A stretch of 64,000 nt of DNA from the human T2T-CHM13v2.0 reference genome, Homo sapiens. The stretch is taken from assembly GCF_009914755.1 (NCBI RefSeq), contig NC_060927.1; one strand, written 5' to 3'. A model generated the notes under the pieces. The model had not been told where the DNA came from and did no database searches. It saw only the letters and a program-made list of their open reading frames with translations. Position numbers and translations under genes: made by a program. How positions within the stretch are numbered: the stretch's first letter is position 1; each line of letters starts with the position of its first letter. Shown piece by piece: positions 1 through 15,449 of this stretch.

Positions 1-103
1 TGAAATGATGAAGCTTCAATGTATCCCTAAGGGTTTTCTTTTAGTAGGATTTGAATTAATTATTATTTAATCAAAATTTAATGTTATATTTGGGTGGATG
101 TTA

Positions 104-668
<565 letters not shown>

Positions 669-1248
669 TCAAAAAGGCCAGGTACAAGAGGAAGTACTCG
701 GGTACTAAATCCAGAATTAAAAAGAAGAAAGTCCAGACTTGAAAAAGGAAAAGGTTCTTGCCATTGCTACAAAACCAGTTGGTGGCAACAAGAATGGTGA
801 TACTTTTTGCAAAGTAAACCCTACAAAATGCCTAGATCCTTCCAAAGATGTGCCTGGAAAGCTGCTGTTGAGCCACAGAAAAAACAAACAGAAACACTTC
901 AGTCAGCACAGAGAAAACTGCAAACTAGCTTCTCTCCTGGGATCATTCTGCTTATCCTCACTGGGCACCACAAAGGCAAGAGGGTGGTTTTACTGGAGCA
1001 GCTGAGGAGTGGCTTGTTAATTGTGACTGGACCTCTGGTCCTCATTCACATTCTGTGGGAAACACACCAGAGGTCATCACAAAATTGAAATCAGCAATGT
1101 GAAAATTCCAAAACATCTTACCAATGCTTGCTTAAGAAGATGATGCTATGGAAGCCCAAATACTGGGAAAGTGACATCGTCAACACAGAAAGAGAGTAAT
1201 AGAAGATTATGGAGCAATGCAAGGTTGATCAGAAAGCTGTGGACTCGT

Positions 1249-1582
<334 letters not shown>

Positions 1583-2002
1583 TCAAAGCTATTCCTTAGC
1601 TCCAGGGCTACCTGTAATCTGTGTTTGCTCTGATGAATGGAGTTTATCCTAGCAAATAGGTGTTCTAAATGTCTTACCAAGAACCTAATTAAATAACTGA
1701 TGCATTTAAAAACTAAAATAAGTATACTTTTAAGCTTAAATAACACATCTGAAAAATAGTTTAAAAATACCAAATTTTAGCTATTTTTAGAACATATGAA
1801 GAAAGATTATAAAAATTAGAATGCTATCTGGAAGGCAATAGCTAAATAGCATGGTAATTCTAAAAAGCAGTATAAATTTGCAAGCCTTATAAATAATAGA
1901 GCCTCAGAAATCCCATTTAATTCAAAAAGTCATTTTGGGCAAGATATTGGGTTAGGTACTTCTGTGACAGACACAAAAATGAGGAAGATGAAGTTAGTTT
2001 CA

Positions 2003-2164
2003 GCGGGGCATAGTGGCTAACACTTGTAGTCCCAGCTACTTGAGAGGCTGAGGTAGGAGGATGGCTTGAGCCAAGGAAGCCAGGGTTACAGTAAGCCACA
2101 ATCTCGCCACTACATTCCAGCCTGAGCAACAGAGCCAAATCCTGTCTCAGAGGAAAAAAAAAAA
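2003..2164 (+). mobile_element. Alu monomer (FRAM-like)
   Basis: Single right-arm-type monomer with A-tail. Confidence 0.75.
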
Positions 2165-2799
2165 GTTAATTTCAGGTAATGTACAATTTGTGGATACAGA
2201 AAGGATATAATGAGAACATAGACAATTAAGAGCAAAGTGAAATCCAGTGAATGCCAGGACAGGGATATAAACAGCATGTATTGGAAAAATAGAGGACACA
2301 ATCTACTCCAGTGGAAAGAAGAGGTGTATCAGGAAGGAGCTCAAGGAGAAGGTGTCACCATATCTGAGATTGGACTTGAAGGATGAGGAGGACTTCAAGA
2401 GACAGAAATTGGGGAAAAGGAATATATTCTAACTAGAGGCAGCAGTATGAACAAAAAGCATGCTGAGGGAGGGACACGGTCCCCTTTGGCTGGTACAAGG
2501 GAACATTTAGAGTAGTCTGAGACATTTGTACAGACTTCAGTAAGTATTGGAGAGGCTCTGGGAGATTTCATATAAGAGTGATGGTCAAAGCTACACTTGA
2601 ATCTGGCAGGAGAGTGTAGAACAGAATAAAAGGAGAGTAGCAGGTCATTTAGAGAAATCAAACATCTATAGCAGTATTTTAACAAATGAGTTGATTCAAG
2701 AAGTCAGCATTCCAAGTAGACATCCTCCCTCTAGTAACTCATGTATTATCCAGGCTGGTTCCATTTCTACACCTTCTACTCAGCCCTAAACCTACGTAT

Positions 2800-3720
2800 A
2801 CTATACTCTCTGTCCTGTTTGCCCTCCCACCCCTTAAGTGCCTCTCACCAGAGTTACCAATGACTTTCATATGGCTGTTGACCAGTTCTTTCCTTTGACC
2901 TTTTAGCAGCATTTGACAATAGAGACCAGCTGTCCTCAACCTTTTTGGCACCAAGGACCAGTTTTGTGGAAGACAGTTTTTCCATGGACAGGGAGGTGGA
3001 GGGATGTTTTCGGGATGATTCAAGCACATTACATTTATTTTGCACTATTATTACATTGTAATATATAATAAGTCATTATACAACTCACCATAATGTAGAA
3101 TCAGTGGGAGCCCTGAGTTTGTTTTTCTGCAACTAGACGGTCCCATCTGGGGTGATGGGAGACAATGAGAGATCATCAGGCATTAGATTCTCATAAAGAG
3201 CATGCAACCTACATCTGTCACATGTGCAGTTCACAATAGGGTTTGCACTCCTATGAGAATTTAATGCCCTGCTGATCTGACAGGAGGCGGAGCTCAGGCG
3301 GTAATGCCAGTGATGGGAAGCTGCTGTGAAAAGAGATGAAGCTTCACTTGCTTGCCCTCCACTCACCTCCTGCTGTGTGGCCCGGTTCCTAACAGGCCAC
3401 TGGCCAGTACTGTGGCCCAGGGGTTGGAGACCCCTAATGTAGACCACTGCTGCTTTCTTGGAAAGCTTTCTTTGGACTCCATGACGCTTACTTGTTAACA
3501 ACACTTCTTTGCCATTCCCGTTACTGTTGATATTCCTCAGGATTCTAACTTAGTTTCTTTTCTCTTTTTTATTATTTCATTCACACTCAAGGCTTCAATT
3601 AACTTTCCGTCTGCTGTTCACTCCAAAATTCATTGCTCTTCCCTTATCTCTCTCCAAGATTTATATTTCCTATGTCTATCTCCCTACTGAATATTTTCCC
3701 TTCAGCATTTCCCAGGCACT
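2800..3720 (+). mobile_element. Degraded LINE-2 fragment interrupted by MER1A
   Basis: L2-like text ttagcagcatttgaca...cactgctgctttcttggaaa continues across the MER1A. Confidence 0.5.
2927..3436 (+). mobile_element. MER1A (hAT-Charlie MITE)
   Basis: Ends cagctgtcctcaacc...ggttggagaccccta; internal cattagattctcataa motif; ~510 bp; degenerate 8-bp TSD atagagac/atgtagac. Confidence 0.85.
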
Positions 3721-4146
3721 TTATTTTGTTTAACTTTTTGTTATGGGGACTTTCAAATATATATAAAAGTAGACACAATAAGGAACTCCTTTATGTCCAT
3801 CACCCAATCAATGATTATCAGCATATGGTTAGTCTTTGTTTCATTTATAACCACCTTTCTCATTTTCTCTCTCCTCAGTTGGATTAAAGAAAAGTCTAGA
3901 CCTCATATCAATTTATCTGCAGATACTTCAGTTTATATCTTTAAAACATAAGGACTAGATTCTATCTCCTAAATATCAAACCTATCCACTTTCCCCCAAA
4001 TTCCCTTACCACCATTCTAGTTTTAGACCATCATCACCTCTTGCCTAAATTACTTCAACAGGCTTCTAGCTTGCCTATCTGCCTTTAGGCTTGTTTTTCT
4101 CTAACCCATTCTCCATACTTGAGGGGGAGAGAGTCTCCCAGACCTT

Positions 4147-4449
4147 TTATTTTTCCTGAAACGAGTCTCACTCTGTCGCCCAGGCTGGATTGCAATCATG
4201 TGATCTCGGCTCAGCTGCAACCTCTGCCTCCAGGATTCAAGCCATCCTCCCACCTCAGCTTCTCAAGTAGCTGGGATGACAGGTGCATGCCACTATGCCC
4301 AGCTGATTTTTGTATTTTTAGGAGAGATGGGGTTTTACCATATTGGCCAGGCTGGTCTTGAACACCTGACCTCAAGTGACCTGCCCACCTTGGCCTCCCA
4401 AAGTGCTGGGATGCTGGGATTTAATAGGAGTGAGCCACTGCGCGTGGCC
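4147..4449 (-). mobile_element. Alu (old S/J)
   Basis: Antisense full dimer. Confidence 0.85.
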
Positions 4450-4459
4450 ATCTCCTAGC

Positions 4460-4783
<324 letters not shown>

Positions 4784-4784
4784 A

Positions 4785-5875
4785 ATTTTTAATTTTTGTG
4801 GGTATATAGTAGGTGTATATACTTTATGGGGTACATAAGCTATTTTGATACAGGCACACAATGTGTAATAATCACATCAGGGTAAATGGGGTATCCATCA
4901 CCTCAAGCATTTATCTTTTGTGTTACAAACAATCCAATTATATTCATTTAAAAATGTACAATAAATGTTTGACTGTAGTCACCCTGTTCTGCAATCAAAT
5001 GCTAGATCTTTTTTCTTTTTTGAGACAAGGTCTCATCTGTTGTCCAGGCTGGACTACAGTGGCCTGATCTTGGTGTACTGCAGCCTTGGGCTTCCAGGCT
5101 GAAGTGATTTTCCCACCTCAGCCTCCTGAGTAGCTGAGACTACAAGTGCACACCACCTCAGCTGGCTAATTTTGGTGTTTTTTGTAGAGACGGGGGTTTT
5201 GCCATGTTGCCTAGGCTGGTGTTGAACTCCTGGGCTCAAGTGATCGGCCTGCTTCAGTCTCCTGAAGTGCTAGGATTACAGGCTCAAATACTTATTCTAT
5301 CTAACTATATTTTGTACCCATTAACCATCCCTACCGCACACCCGTCACCCCCCCACTACCCTTCCCAGCCTCTGGTAACCATCATTTTACTCTGTATCTC
5401 CATGAGTTCAATTGTTTTTATTTTTAGCTCCCACAAATAAGTGAGAACATGTGAAGTTTGTCTTTCTGTGCCTGGCTTAATTCACTTAACATAATGACCT
5501 CCAGTTTCATCCATGTGGTTGCAAATAACAGGATCTCATTCTTTTTTATGGCTGAATACTACTCCGTTGTGTACATGTATCACATTTTCTTTATCCATTC
5601 ATCTGTTGATGAACACTTAGGTTGCTTCTAAATCTTGGTTATTGTGAATAGTGCTGCAATAAACATGGGAGTGCAGTTATCTCTTTGATAAACCAATTTC
5701 CTTTCTTTTGGGTATATACTTAGCAGTGGGATTGCTGGATCATATGGTAGTTCTAGTTTTAGTTTTTTGAGGCACCTCCACACTGTTCTCCATAGTGGTT
5801 GTACTAATTGACATTCTCACCAACAGTGTACAAGGGTTCCCTTTTCTCCACATCCTTGCCAGCATTTGTTATCCA
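4785..5875 (-). mobile_element. L1MA-type LINE-1 3' end, interrupted by an AluJ (~5008-5283)
   Basis: Typical antisense L1 3' UTR/ORF2 end (gtatccatcacctcaagcattt..., gctgcaataaacatgggagtgcag, gggattgctggatcatatggtag). Confidence 0.85.
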
Positions 5876-7124
5876 ACTTTTTAAAAATTATTATTCAGTA
5901 GTACTCTTGAAATTTTAAAAATTTGTATCCTAATATGTGCACATTTTTATTAACCATATATAGTTCTACATCCTAATGTACATGAATTTCATGATAATGT
6001 AAATTTGAACATAATACAACTACTAATTGATTCCTGCATTCCTGTCAGCCCTCTTTTTATCATTTGGGGAGTAGGAGTTTGGAGGAGAGGGTGAGGCAGG
6101 AAGCAGAGTGGTTGGTGTGGATAGGTCCCAGTGTCCCTGGTATTTCCTAAGCCCAGTGTCACAGATCAAGTTGCCAAAGGGGCATCAGTCAGTGTTCTGG
6201 AATTCCAGTCAGCCATGTGTATAGAATTGTCCCCATTCATGATTAAACTAGAGTGGAAAATGACCACCAGGTGGTACTACAACCCAGTTGAGACTAAGAT
6301 AGACTTGGTTCTCAGCCAGATGCCCAAACTCCTGGTTGGTTAGCTATGCAAGTTCCAACATAATGCAACAGTTTTACAAGTTCCTTTCTACATCCGAATG
6401 AACTTCAGTGGACACCTCTTGGTACACACACATTCAATAATATGCATTTTTAACAAGCTTCTAGATGATGCTGATGTTGTTTGGAGTTGTTCTACACAGC
6501 AGTCAGAGCAACCTTCTTAAAACCCAAAGACCACGACATTTCTCTTCTTTAATAGCTTGGCTATGTATGGAATATTGTCAGACATAGATAAAGGGTAAAA
6601 GGGGGCACATGTCTGTTAGTTTTCTTTGGGTAAAGCCTCAAATAATAGACAACATAACCACAAGCCAATATTCTGAAATTTAATAGTGCAGAATAGCCAA
6701 ACTGCACCAATACACTTGTCCCATTTAGTGGAAACACTGCAAAAACCCATTACAAAAAAAAAGCCATCATAAAGTAACAAAATATTTAAGAAACTTAAAA
6801 GTAAGCCATTTGGCTTCCTATCCCTGTGGCAGTTTCACATCTACTAAGACTGTATTATAGAACTAACTAACACTCCACTGTATTTGGAGACAATTCAGAA
6901 ATAAGGACATGGACTAATTCTTTATGTCTCCAAGAGATTTCTATTTCAGTAATGAATTATTGTCATTTTCATTGCTAGGTCCTGAGTATGACCCTAAGAT
7001 TATGTAAAATATATCGGAATAGTATGATTATTTGTATTTGCGATTACTATTTTTACTTTTCTGAAAATACTTTCACCTGCTATTATCCTCCAAGTAGCTC
7101 TGTAAATAAAATGCAGAGAGGTTT

Positions 7125-7272
7125 CAGAGTTCTCAAAATTGAGCATGCATCAGAATCACCTGGAGAAATTCTGATTCAATCGGTCTGAAAGGAAACTCAG
7201 TAATTCGCATTTTTAACAAGCTGCTAGATGCTACTGCTGCTGGTCCACTGCCCACACTTTGAGTTAGCACTG
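7125..7272 (-). mobile_element. MER5A (hAT-Charlie), internally deleted, followed by a MER5-like fragment
   Basis: ttctcaaaattgagcatgcatcagaatcacctggag...tttttaacaagc...cacactttgag matches MER5A antisense. Confidence 0.7.
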
Positions 7273-8545
7273 TTTTAGGGTAGTGGTTCTTAACTTTGGC
7301 TACACATTGAATTTATGTGGATGAGAAGATTTTTAAAAAGTATCTGGGGACTCCCAGAGATTCTGATTTGATTAGGTTACGGCACTTACATGTATGTATA
7401 TGCATTTCTCTACTTACCAGCAAGTTCAAGCATCTACTCATGTCTATTAATCATTTGGATTACCTTTTTTTAGTAAATTACCTGTTTAGAATTTTATCAG
7501 TTTTAATTTGGTTGTGTCTTTTTTATTGATTTATACAAACATTTTAACATATTATGAATTAAACCTTTTCTGATTTATATCTGAGAATATTATATCTTAG
7601 TCTGTCACTTGGCTCTTATGTAGGAATTTTAATTTTTATTATATCAAATCTACCCATCATTTCCTTTGTGTCTTCTGGATTTTAGTCTTGCTTAGAAAGG
7701 CTAACCACAAGATTTAAAATGTTCTTTTATACTTTTCCCTAACATTTTTGTACTTCAGTTTGCTAGTATTTGTTTTCCCATTTATCTACAGATCATTTTT
7801 GAAACAAGATCAGACAACTCATTTCCCAGACAGATAGTTCATATGTTGGTATTGAAGTCCCTTCTGCCACTTTCAAAATAAAGAGTTTAAGGGATCTAGA
7901 TGATATACAAAATCTTTGAGAGAAACAGGCTTCATCATGAGTCTTCAAGAACTCCCCAAATTACCTGTCAAGGCAGCTGCTAACTCTGAAAGGATCAGGA
8001 CGCTGCAGAATTAGGAATCTGCCCAAAGGGGTTCATGCCTTTCCTCTCTCTTCATGTAATACAAATTTGAATCAGTCTAACTTGGCTTGGTAAAACCTAA
8101 ATCATTTTTGGAATCCTAGCTACAAGTGAATGTGGGAAATATTGGTTTTGGCTTTCCAGGAAGGCATCCAAGAAGACAGTTGGTCAATCCATGCATGGTA
8201 TCTGTTACTATGTCACTGACTAGTCAATCATTCTCCTGTATTTTGAAATGCCCTTATTTTCATAAATACATCATAGATATATTTAATGAAAAGATATTTG
8301 AGGACAATCAGCAGCCTTTGCCACACCCCATAGCTCTTTCATAATTTGCCATCTGTTTCAGTTAATGTGGTATATGATCTTATTTTTTTCCAAATAAGTA
8401 AGGGCAAGGTATGGGGGGAGGGTGGAGAATGTAGAAAATTGCCTCAGGGCACCCTTATAGGCCCTAAAGCCATTTTTTTCTGCCACTGCTAATTGGGGTG
8501 ACATCATTCTGGGATAATAGGCCAGCTTGATTTTCCAGTTATTAA

Positions 8546-9272
<727 letters not shown>

Positions 9273-9929
9273 TCAGTTATCAAAATTTTAAATTTCCAAA
9301 TATATACTCAAAGTTTTTGTACATATGACATCTTCTCATGTTTCTCTGAAGATATTATACATTTCAAATGTCTTCTTCTGATTGTTCTGTAGCTTTGTTT
9401 TGTCTAATAATAATTGTAAAAATGGTGCCTCTTTCATGGTAACTTTTTTCAAATGTATGATAATGTGTTAGCTATCTGTTCAATTTTGTATTTTAGAATC
9501 TCTCTTCCTTTTGCCTATTTATTTATGGTAGCTGTTCTCTGCCAATTTTGTATAGGGAACAGCACTTATAAGACAAGGGTGTGTGGTTGCTCATCTTTAA
9601 AGTGTGGAAGACTGGTGTTCTTCCTGGTGGTCTATTGCTTTCTGGGCCACAATTTAGAACCAGTTGGAGAGAAGAAAGTGGTTGACCAGCCTAGCTACTC
9701 TAAATCTCTTATTCTAATTACTCCCCCTGACCAATGTCTCAGTACCCTCCTCCCTACTTCTTGATCTGTTAACTGTAAGTTTGTACACCCTCTCCCCAAC
9801 TACTACTATTTTTGCCTTTAGCAGATTCCTCCATATGATTTGAGCCGAATTTTCCTTCCATTTGGTTTTTCTGAGATTTAATCTATCTGCATTCTGTCTT
9901 TTCTCAACATTTCTGGTTTGTCGATGGCA

Positions 9930-10705
<776 letters not shown>

Positions 10706-10819
10706 AATTATCCCCTTTATCATTTCATGAGATTTTAGGTGGTAGGTGGGTTTAGGTGTGTGTGCTTTGTTGGCTATTTTGATCTTATCTGTGTTAGATC
10801 AAAACGGTGTGTGTGTTAA

Positions 10820-10823
<4 letters not shown>

Positions 10824-10850
<27 letters not shown>

Positions 10851-10868
10851 ATGCATGAGAGAGAGAGA
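10824..10868. repeat. (TG)n plus (GA)n microsatellite
   Basis: Direct reading. Confidence 0.9.
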
Positions 10869-10961
10869 AGTTTTGCCCTGTTTTTTTGGACTTATTTCTC
10901 ATATTATTGTTTTCTCTTCTAAATGATTTATCATAAATTCAGAGTTGAAATGAATACTGAA

Positions 10962-11051
10962 TCTCCCATCCAAGTACTAACCAGGTCTGACCCTGCTTGG
11001 CTTCCGAGATCACACGAGATCGAGAGTGTTCAGGGTGGTATGGCCACAGAC
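10962..11051 (-). pseudogene. RNA5SP143: 5S rRNA retropseudogene, 3'-truncated (~nt 1-90), no poly(A)
   Basis: Reverse complement gtctgtggccataccaccctgaacactctcgatctcgtgtgatctcggaagccaagcagggtcagacctggttagtacttggatgggaga aligns to the 5' 90 nt of human 5S rRNA. 14-bp TSD tgaata(c/t)tgaatct. Symbol number from recall. Confidence 0.92.
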
Positions 11052-11416
11052 TGAATATTGAATCTTAGTCTTTCTCACATATGTTTTTTTCTCTACTCTC
11101 TTTGTTCTGGAAAAAAAAAACCAGCCAAATGAAATAAATATGGTCACATCACACTTGCTGGTATCATTCAGAATGCACCTACTTTTCTAAAATTGATTGT
11201 AAAATTGGTGCCTATATAGTAGCTGATTTCGGGATGCTGATCAGGGCTGGGTTGCAGTGGGGTGTTGTGGTTATAAGCATGTTAGAAACCATCAGGCTCT
11301 GGGGAATGAACTAACATTAGCCACATTCACAGAGACTCGGTTATAATCCAGAATGCCAATATTTTTCCCTTAGAATACAGGGACCAGTATTGTAAATAGT
11401 AGAAAACTGGAGTTGA

Positions 11417-11731
<315 letters not shown>

Positions 11732-12226
11732 CGCCATTCACTCTTGAGTTGGAATCCTGGTTCCGCCATTCGCTGTCTTTGTTACCTATTATTATTGAAT
11801 CTGCACTTTTGTCTTCATGAATATTAAATGAAATAAACAATGTGAACTTCTTGGCACAGTAGCTAGTACATAGAAGACATGGAATAAATATTAGCAATGA
11901 TAATGAAGATGATGATGGCAGTAATCACTAGAGCTCTGCTTTTTTGGTAGCCCTCTTAGTATCAATGAGCCTGGAAAAATAAATTAATAATTCAGATGGA
12001 TCCTTGGAAACTGTGAAATTAGCAAAGATTGTCTTTATATAAAATATATTTTAAAAATGTAGTTGTAATTATTTAGTCTTTAGTTGTGTTATCATGGGAA
12101 AAATAACATTTTGTACTTCAGTTTTCTCATCTGTAAATTGAGGATAATTTCATAGGGTTGGCATGGATATTCAATGAGTAAATACGGTGAAGTGTTTAAA
12201 ATGGTGACTACCCAGTAGCAGCTCAA

Positions 12227-12522
12227 TTTTTTTTTTTCGGATAGGGTCTTGCTCTGTTGCCCAGGCTGGAGTCCAGTGTAGTGAACATGGCTCACTGTAG
12301 CCTCAGACTCCTGGACTCAAGAGATCCTCCCATCTCAAACTCCAGAGAAGCTGGAACCACAGGCACATGCCACCACACCTGGCTAATTTTGGTTTTGTTT
12401 TTTTTTTAGAGATGGGTTTTTTCCACGTTGTCTAGGCTGGTCTTGAACTCCTGAGCTCAAGTGCCCTTTCCACCTTGGCCTCCCAAAATGCTGGCATTAC
12501 GTGTGTGTCACCATGCCCTGCT
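12227..12522 (-). mobile_element. AluJ, preceded by a MIR fragment (~12115-12225)
   Basis: Antisense dimer; MIR core cagttttctcatctgtaaa upstream. Confidence 0.8.
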
Positions 12523-12873
12523 TTATCCTCGTTTTATTTTTAGTTCGTGATTTTTTATATTATTTTGAAAAACAACCCCCAGCTTAAAAGATGTTATTTT
12601 TTTCAACCAACAGTTGGAATACATGATTAGATATAATTTATGTAATAAACAAATATTTAAATGAAGACTATTCTACAAAAATTGGAACATATGGTTACTA
12701 TAACTACAGTGTACATTTTTAACTAGTTTAAAAATCTTTGTATGTATTTTTTCTCATTGCTCTGCAAGCCAAAAAACAGGTCCACCAAATATACCATCTC
12801 TTTGTGAATTCTTACAACCTGATACTATTACTTCAATTGTTTTCAAACGATTGCTCTTTTAATTATCAATGAT

Positions 12874-13167
<294 letters not shown>

Positions 13168-13392
13168 TTATCAGTGAAACCCTTTTATCAAATAAGATTT
13201 CACAAGATACTACAATATGTAAGCAGTCTGGGTTAGGGTCCTTGATCCAGAGCCCTGCGTATTTTTCTCTCCATGAAACCCAGAGCTCCTGGAAACACAG
13301 TTTGAATACCTTATTTGTCATTGCTAGTGATACAATCAGTTAAGCAGGTAACAATTTTCTTTATATAATTATTACACGCTGGTTGTGCATTT

Positions 13393-13691
13393 CTTTTTTT
13401 TTTTTTTCTGAGACAGAGTCTCGCTCTGTCGCCCAGGTTAGAGTGTAGTGGCTTGATCTTGGCTCACTGCAACCTCTGCCTCCTGGGTTCAAGAGATTCT
13501 CCTGCCTCAACCACCTGAGTAGCTGGGATTACAGGCGCTTGCCACCACGACCGGCTAATTTTTGTATTTTTAGAAGAGACGGGGTTTCATCATGTTGCTC
13601 AGGCTGGTCTTGAACTCCTGACCTTAGGTGATCTGCCCACTTTGGCCTGCCAACGTGCTGGGATTACAGGCGTGAGCTACTGCACTGGGCC
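13393..13691 (-). mobile_element. AluSx-like
   Basis: Antisense dimer; TSD ctggttgtgcatttct on both sides. Confidence 0.9.
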
Positions 13692-14004
13692 CTGGTTGTG
13701 CATTTCTAATGATATACTCTAGTTATTATTTTACACTTGGAAACAATTTTGGGAAACGGTTTTATCAATGGTATATTTACAAATCATATCTTAGGGTTGG
13801 CTGCTTTTACAGAGGGTTGTTACAGACATTTTATATGCATTATTTTTAGCTTCATTTACAGAGGATGACTTTTTATTTTACCTTTCCCAAATCAGGTTAT
13901 ACCATATTTAGAATCTACGTTTCCTCATGAACCTGCCCTGGTCAATATTACCACGAAAAAAAAACAGATCATAAGAGTATTTCATGAAAAAGTGTTCTCT
14001 TATC

Positions 14005-14570
14005 AAACTTATTGGTGAATAATTTACACACATTTTTCATGTTTAAAGTGTACAACTTAGCGATGACAGTTGTATACACCTGTGAACTTGTCACTACCAT
14101 CAAAACAGAGAAAATTTCCATCGTCCCCCTCCAAAAATATTTTTTCTGCTCATTTGCAGTTTATCCTTCCCTCCACTCCTGGCTCCAGGCAATTACTAAT
14201 CTGGGTTTTGTCATTATAGGTTAGTTTGTACTTCATATAAGTGGGATTATACAATATGTTTTGTCTCTAGCTTCTTCAACTCAGCATACCGATTTTGAGA
14301 GTTATCCATATTGAGTCCTGTGTGAGAGTATTTCTTCTTTTTTATTGTTGAGTAGTATTGCATTGTATAAATATACCACAATTTGTTTTTTCATTTACAT
14401 GTTGTTGGACAGTTGGGTTCCTTCTGGTTTGGGGCTTTTGTGAAAAACAGCTGCTATGAGCATTCCTGTTCAAGTTTTTGTGTAAGCATATGTTTTAATT
14501 TCTCTTGGATAACATCTAGGAATGAAATGGCTGGGTCATATGTTAGATGTATGTTTACCTTTTAAGGAAA
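14005..14570 (-). mobile_element. Old LINE-1 (L1MB/L1ME) 3' end
   Basis: tttaaagtgtaca..., agctgctatgagcatt, gaaatggctgggtcatatg antisense L1 motifs. Confidence 0.75.
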
Positions 14571-14630
14571 TATTTTGCTTTATTTTGTGAGAACTTACTT
14601 AACTCCCCTTGCATATCTAGATAAATAAGT

Positions 14631-14734
14631 ATCAGATAAGGATACTAAATTTACCAGATTCTCTAGGTGGCAGGTGGGAAAAATCAGATAAGAATACTAA
14701 ATTCACCTGATTCTCTAGGTGGCAGGTGGGAAAA
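14631..14734. repeat. 52-bp tandem duplication (2 copies, 3 mismatches)
   Basis: Units 14631-14682 and 14683-14734 read directly. Confidence 0.92.
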
Positions 14735-15219
14735 ATTCCTTATCTTCCCTCTCCATGGCCCACCTACTTTCATAGTTCATTGCTCGTCCAATTTGTTTGA
14801 GTTCTTAAAATAATTTCAACTTCCCCCCTTTATTTTTTCTATTGTTACCATCTCAGGGTTGGTTGGGTGCCTATTCTGTATTGGATATTGTGTTAGGCGC
14901 AGAAGGGGCACGTGGGACTTTGAGTTAAAGGGGCAGCAAAACCTTGTTCTGTTCTCTGGACTGAGTTGGACAGACCACAACTACGGATTATGCTTCAGGC
15001 AAAGTATGTGAGAACTCTTGAGGCAGCATTCCATTTACCTGACTCACATGCGAGAGAAAATATCCCACTTTTGTTTGAGTGTGGGCTTTAGTTATATATT
15101 TATTTTAATCAGGTGTGGCTGTTAAAGGAAAAGGAAGCAATCCGTGAAACAAACGGAAAAAAAAAGAGTAGGGGAGAGAAACAAGTCTTCCTTTAATAAC
15201 GTATACCTTTCCTTTTGAC

Positions 15220-15407
15220 CAGCAGGTCCCAAAGTGTGGTACCCAGACTAGTAGCACCAGTTTTCGCTGAGAACATGTTAGAAATGGGAACTGTCGCGCT
15301 ACGCTCCAGACCTAACTGAATCGGAAACTCAGTTTCCGGGTTTGGGATCTGTGATTTAAAAAGCTCTCCAGGTGATTCTGATCCACGCTCAAGTTTGAGA
15401 ACTGCTG
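15220..15407 (+). mobile_element. MER5A
   Basis: Full-length match: caaagtgtggt...gttagaaatg...ccagaccta-ctgaatc...ctccaggtgattctgat...aagtttgagaac. Confidence 0.85.
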
Positions 15408-15449
15408 TGCTAAACTCATTCCCAGGGTGTAGGTGGTCATCTTTAGACT

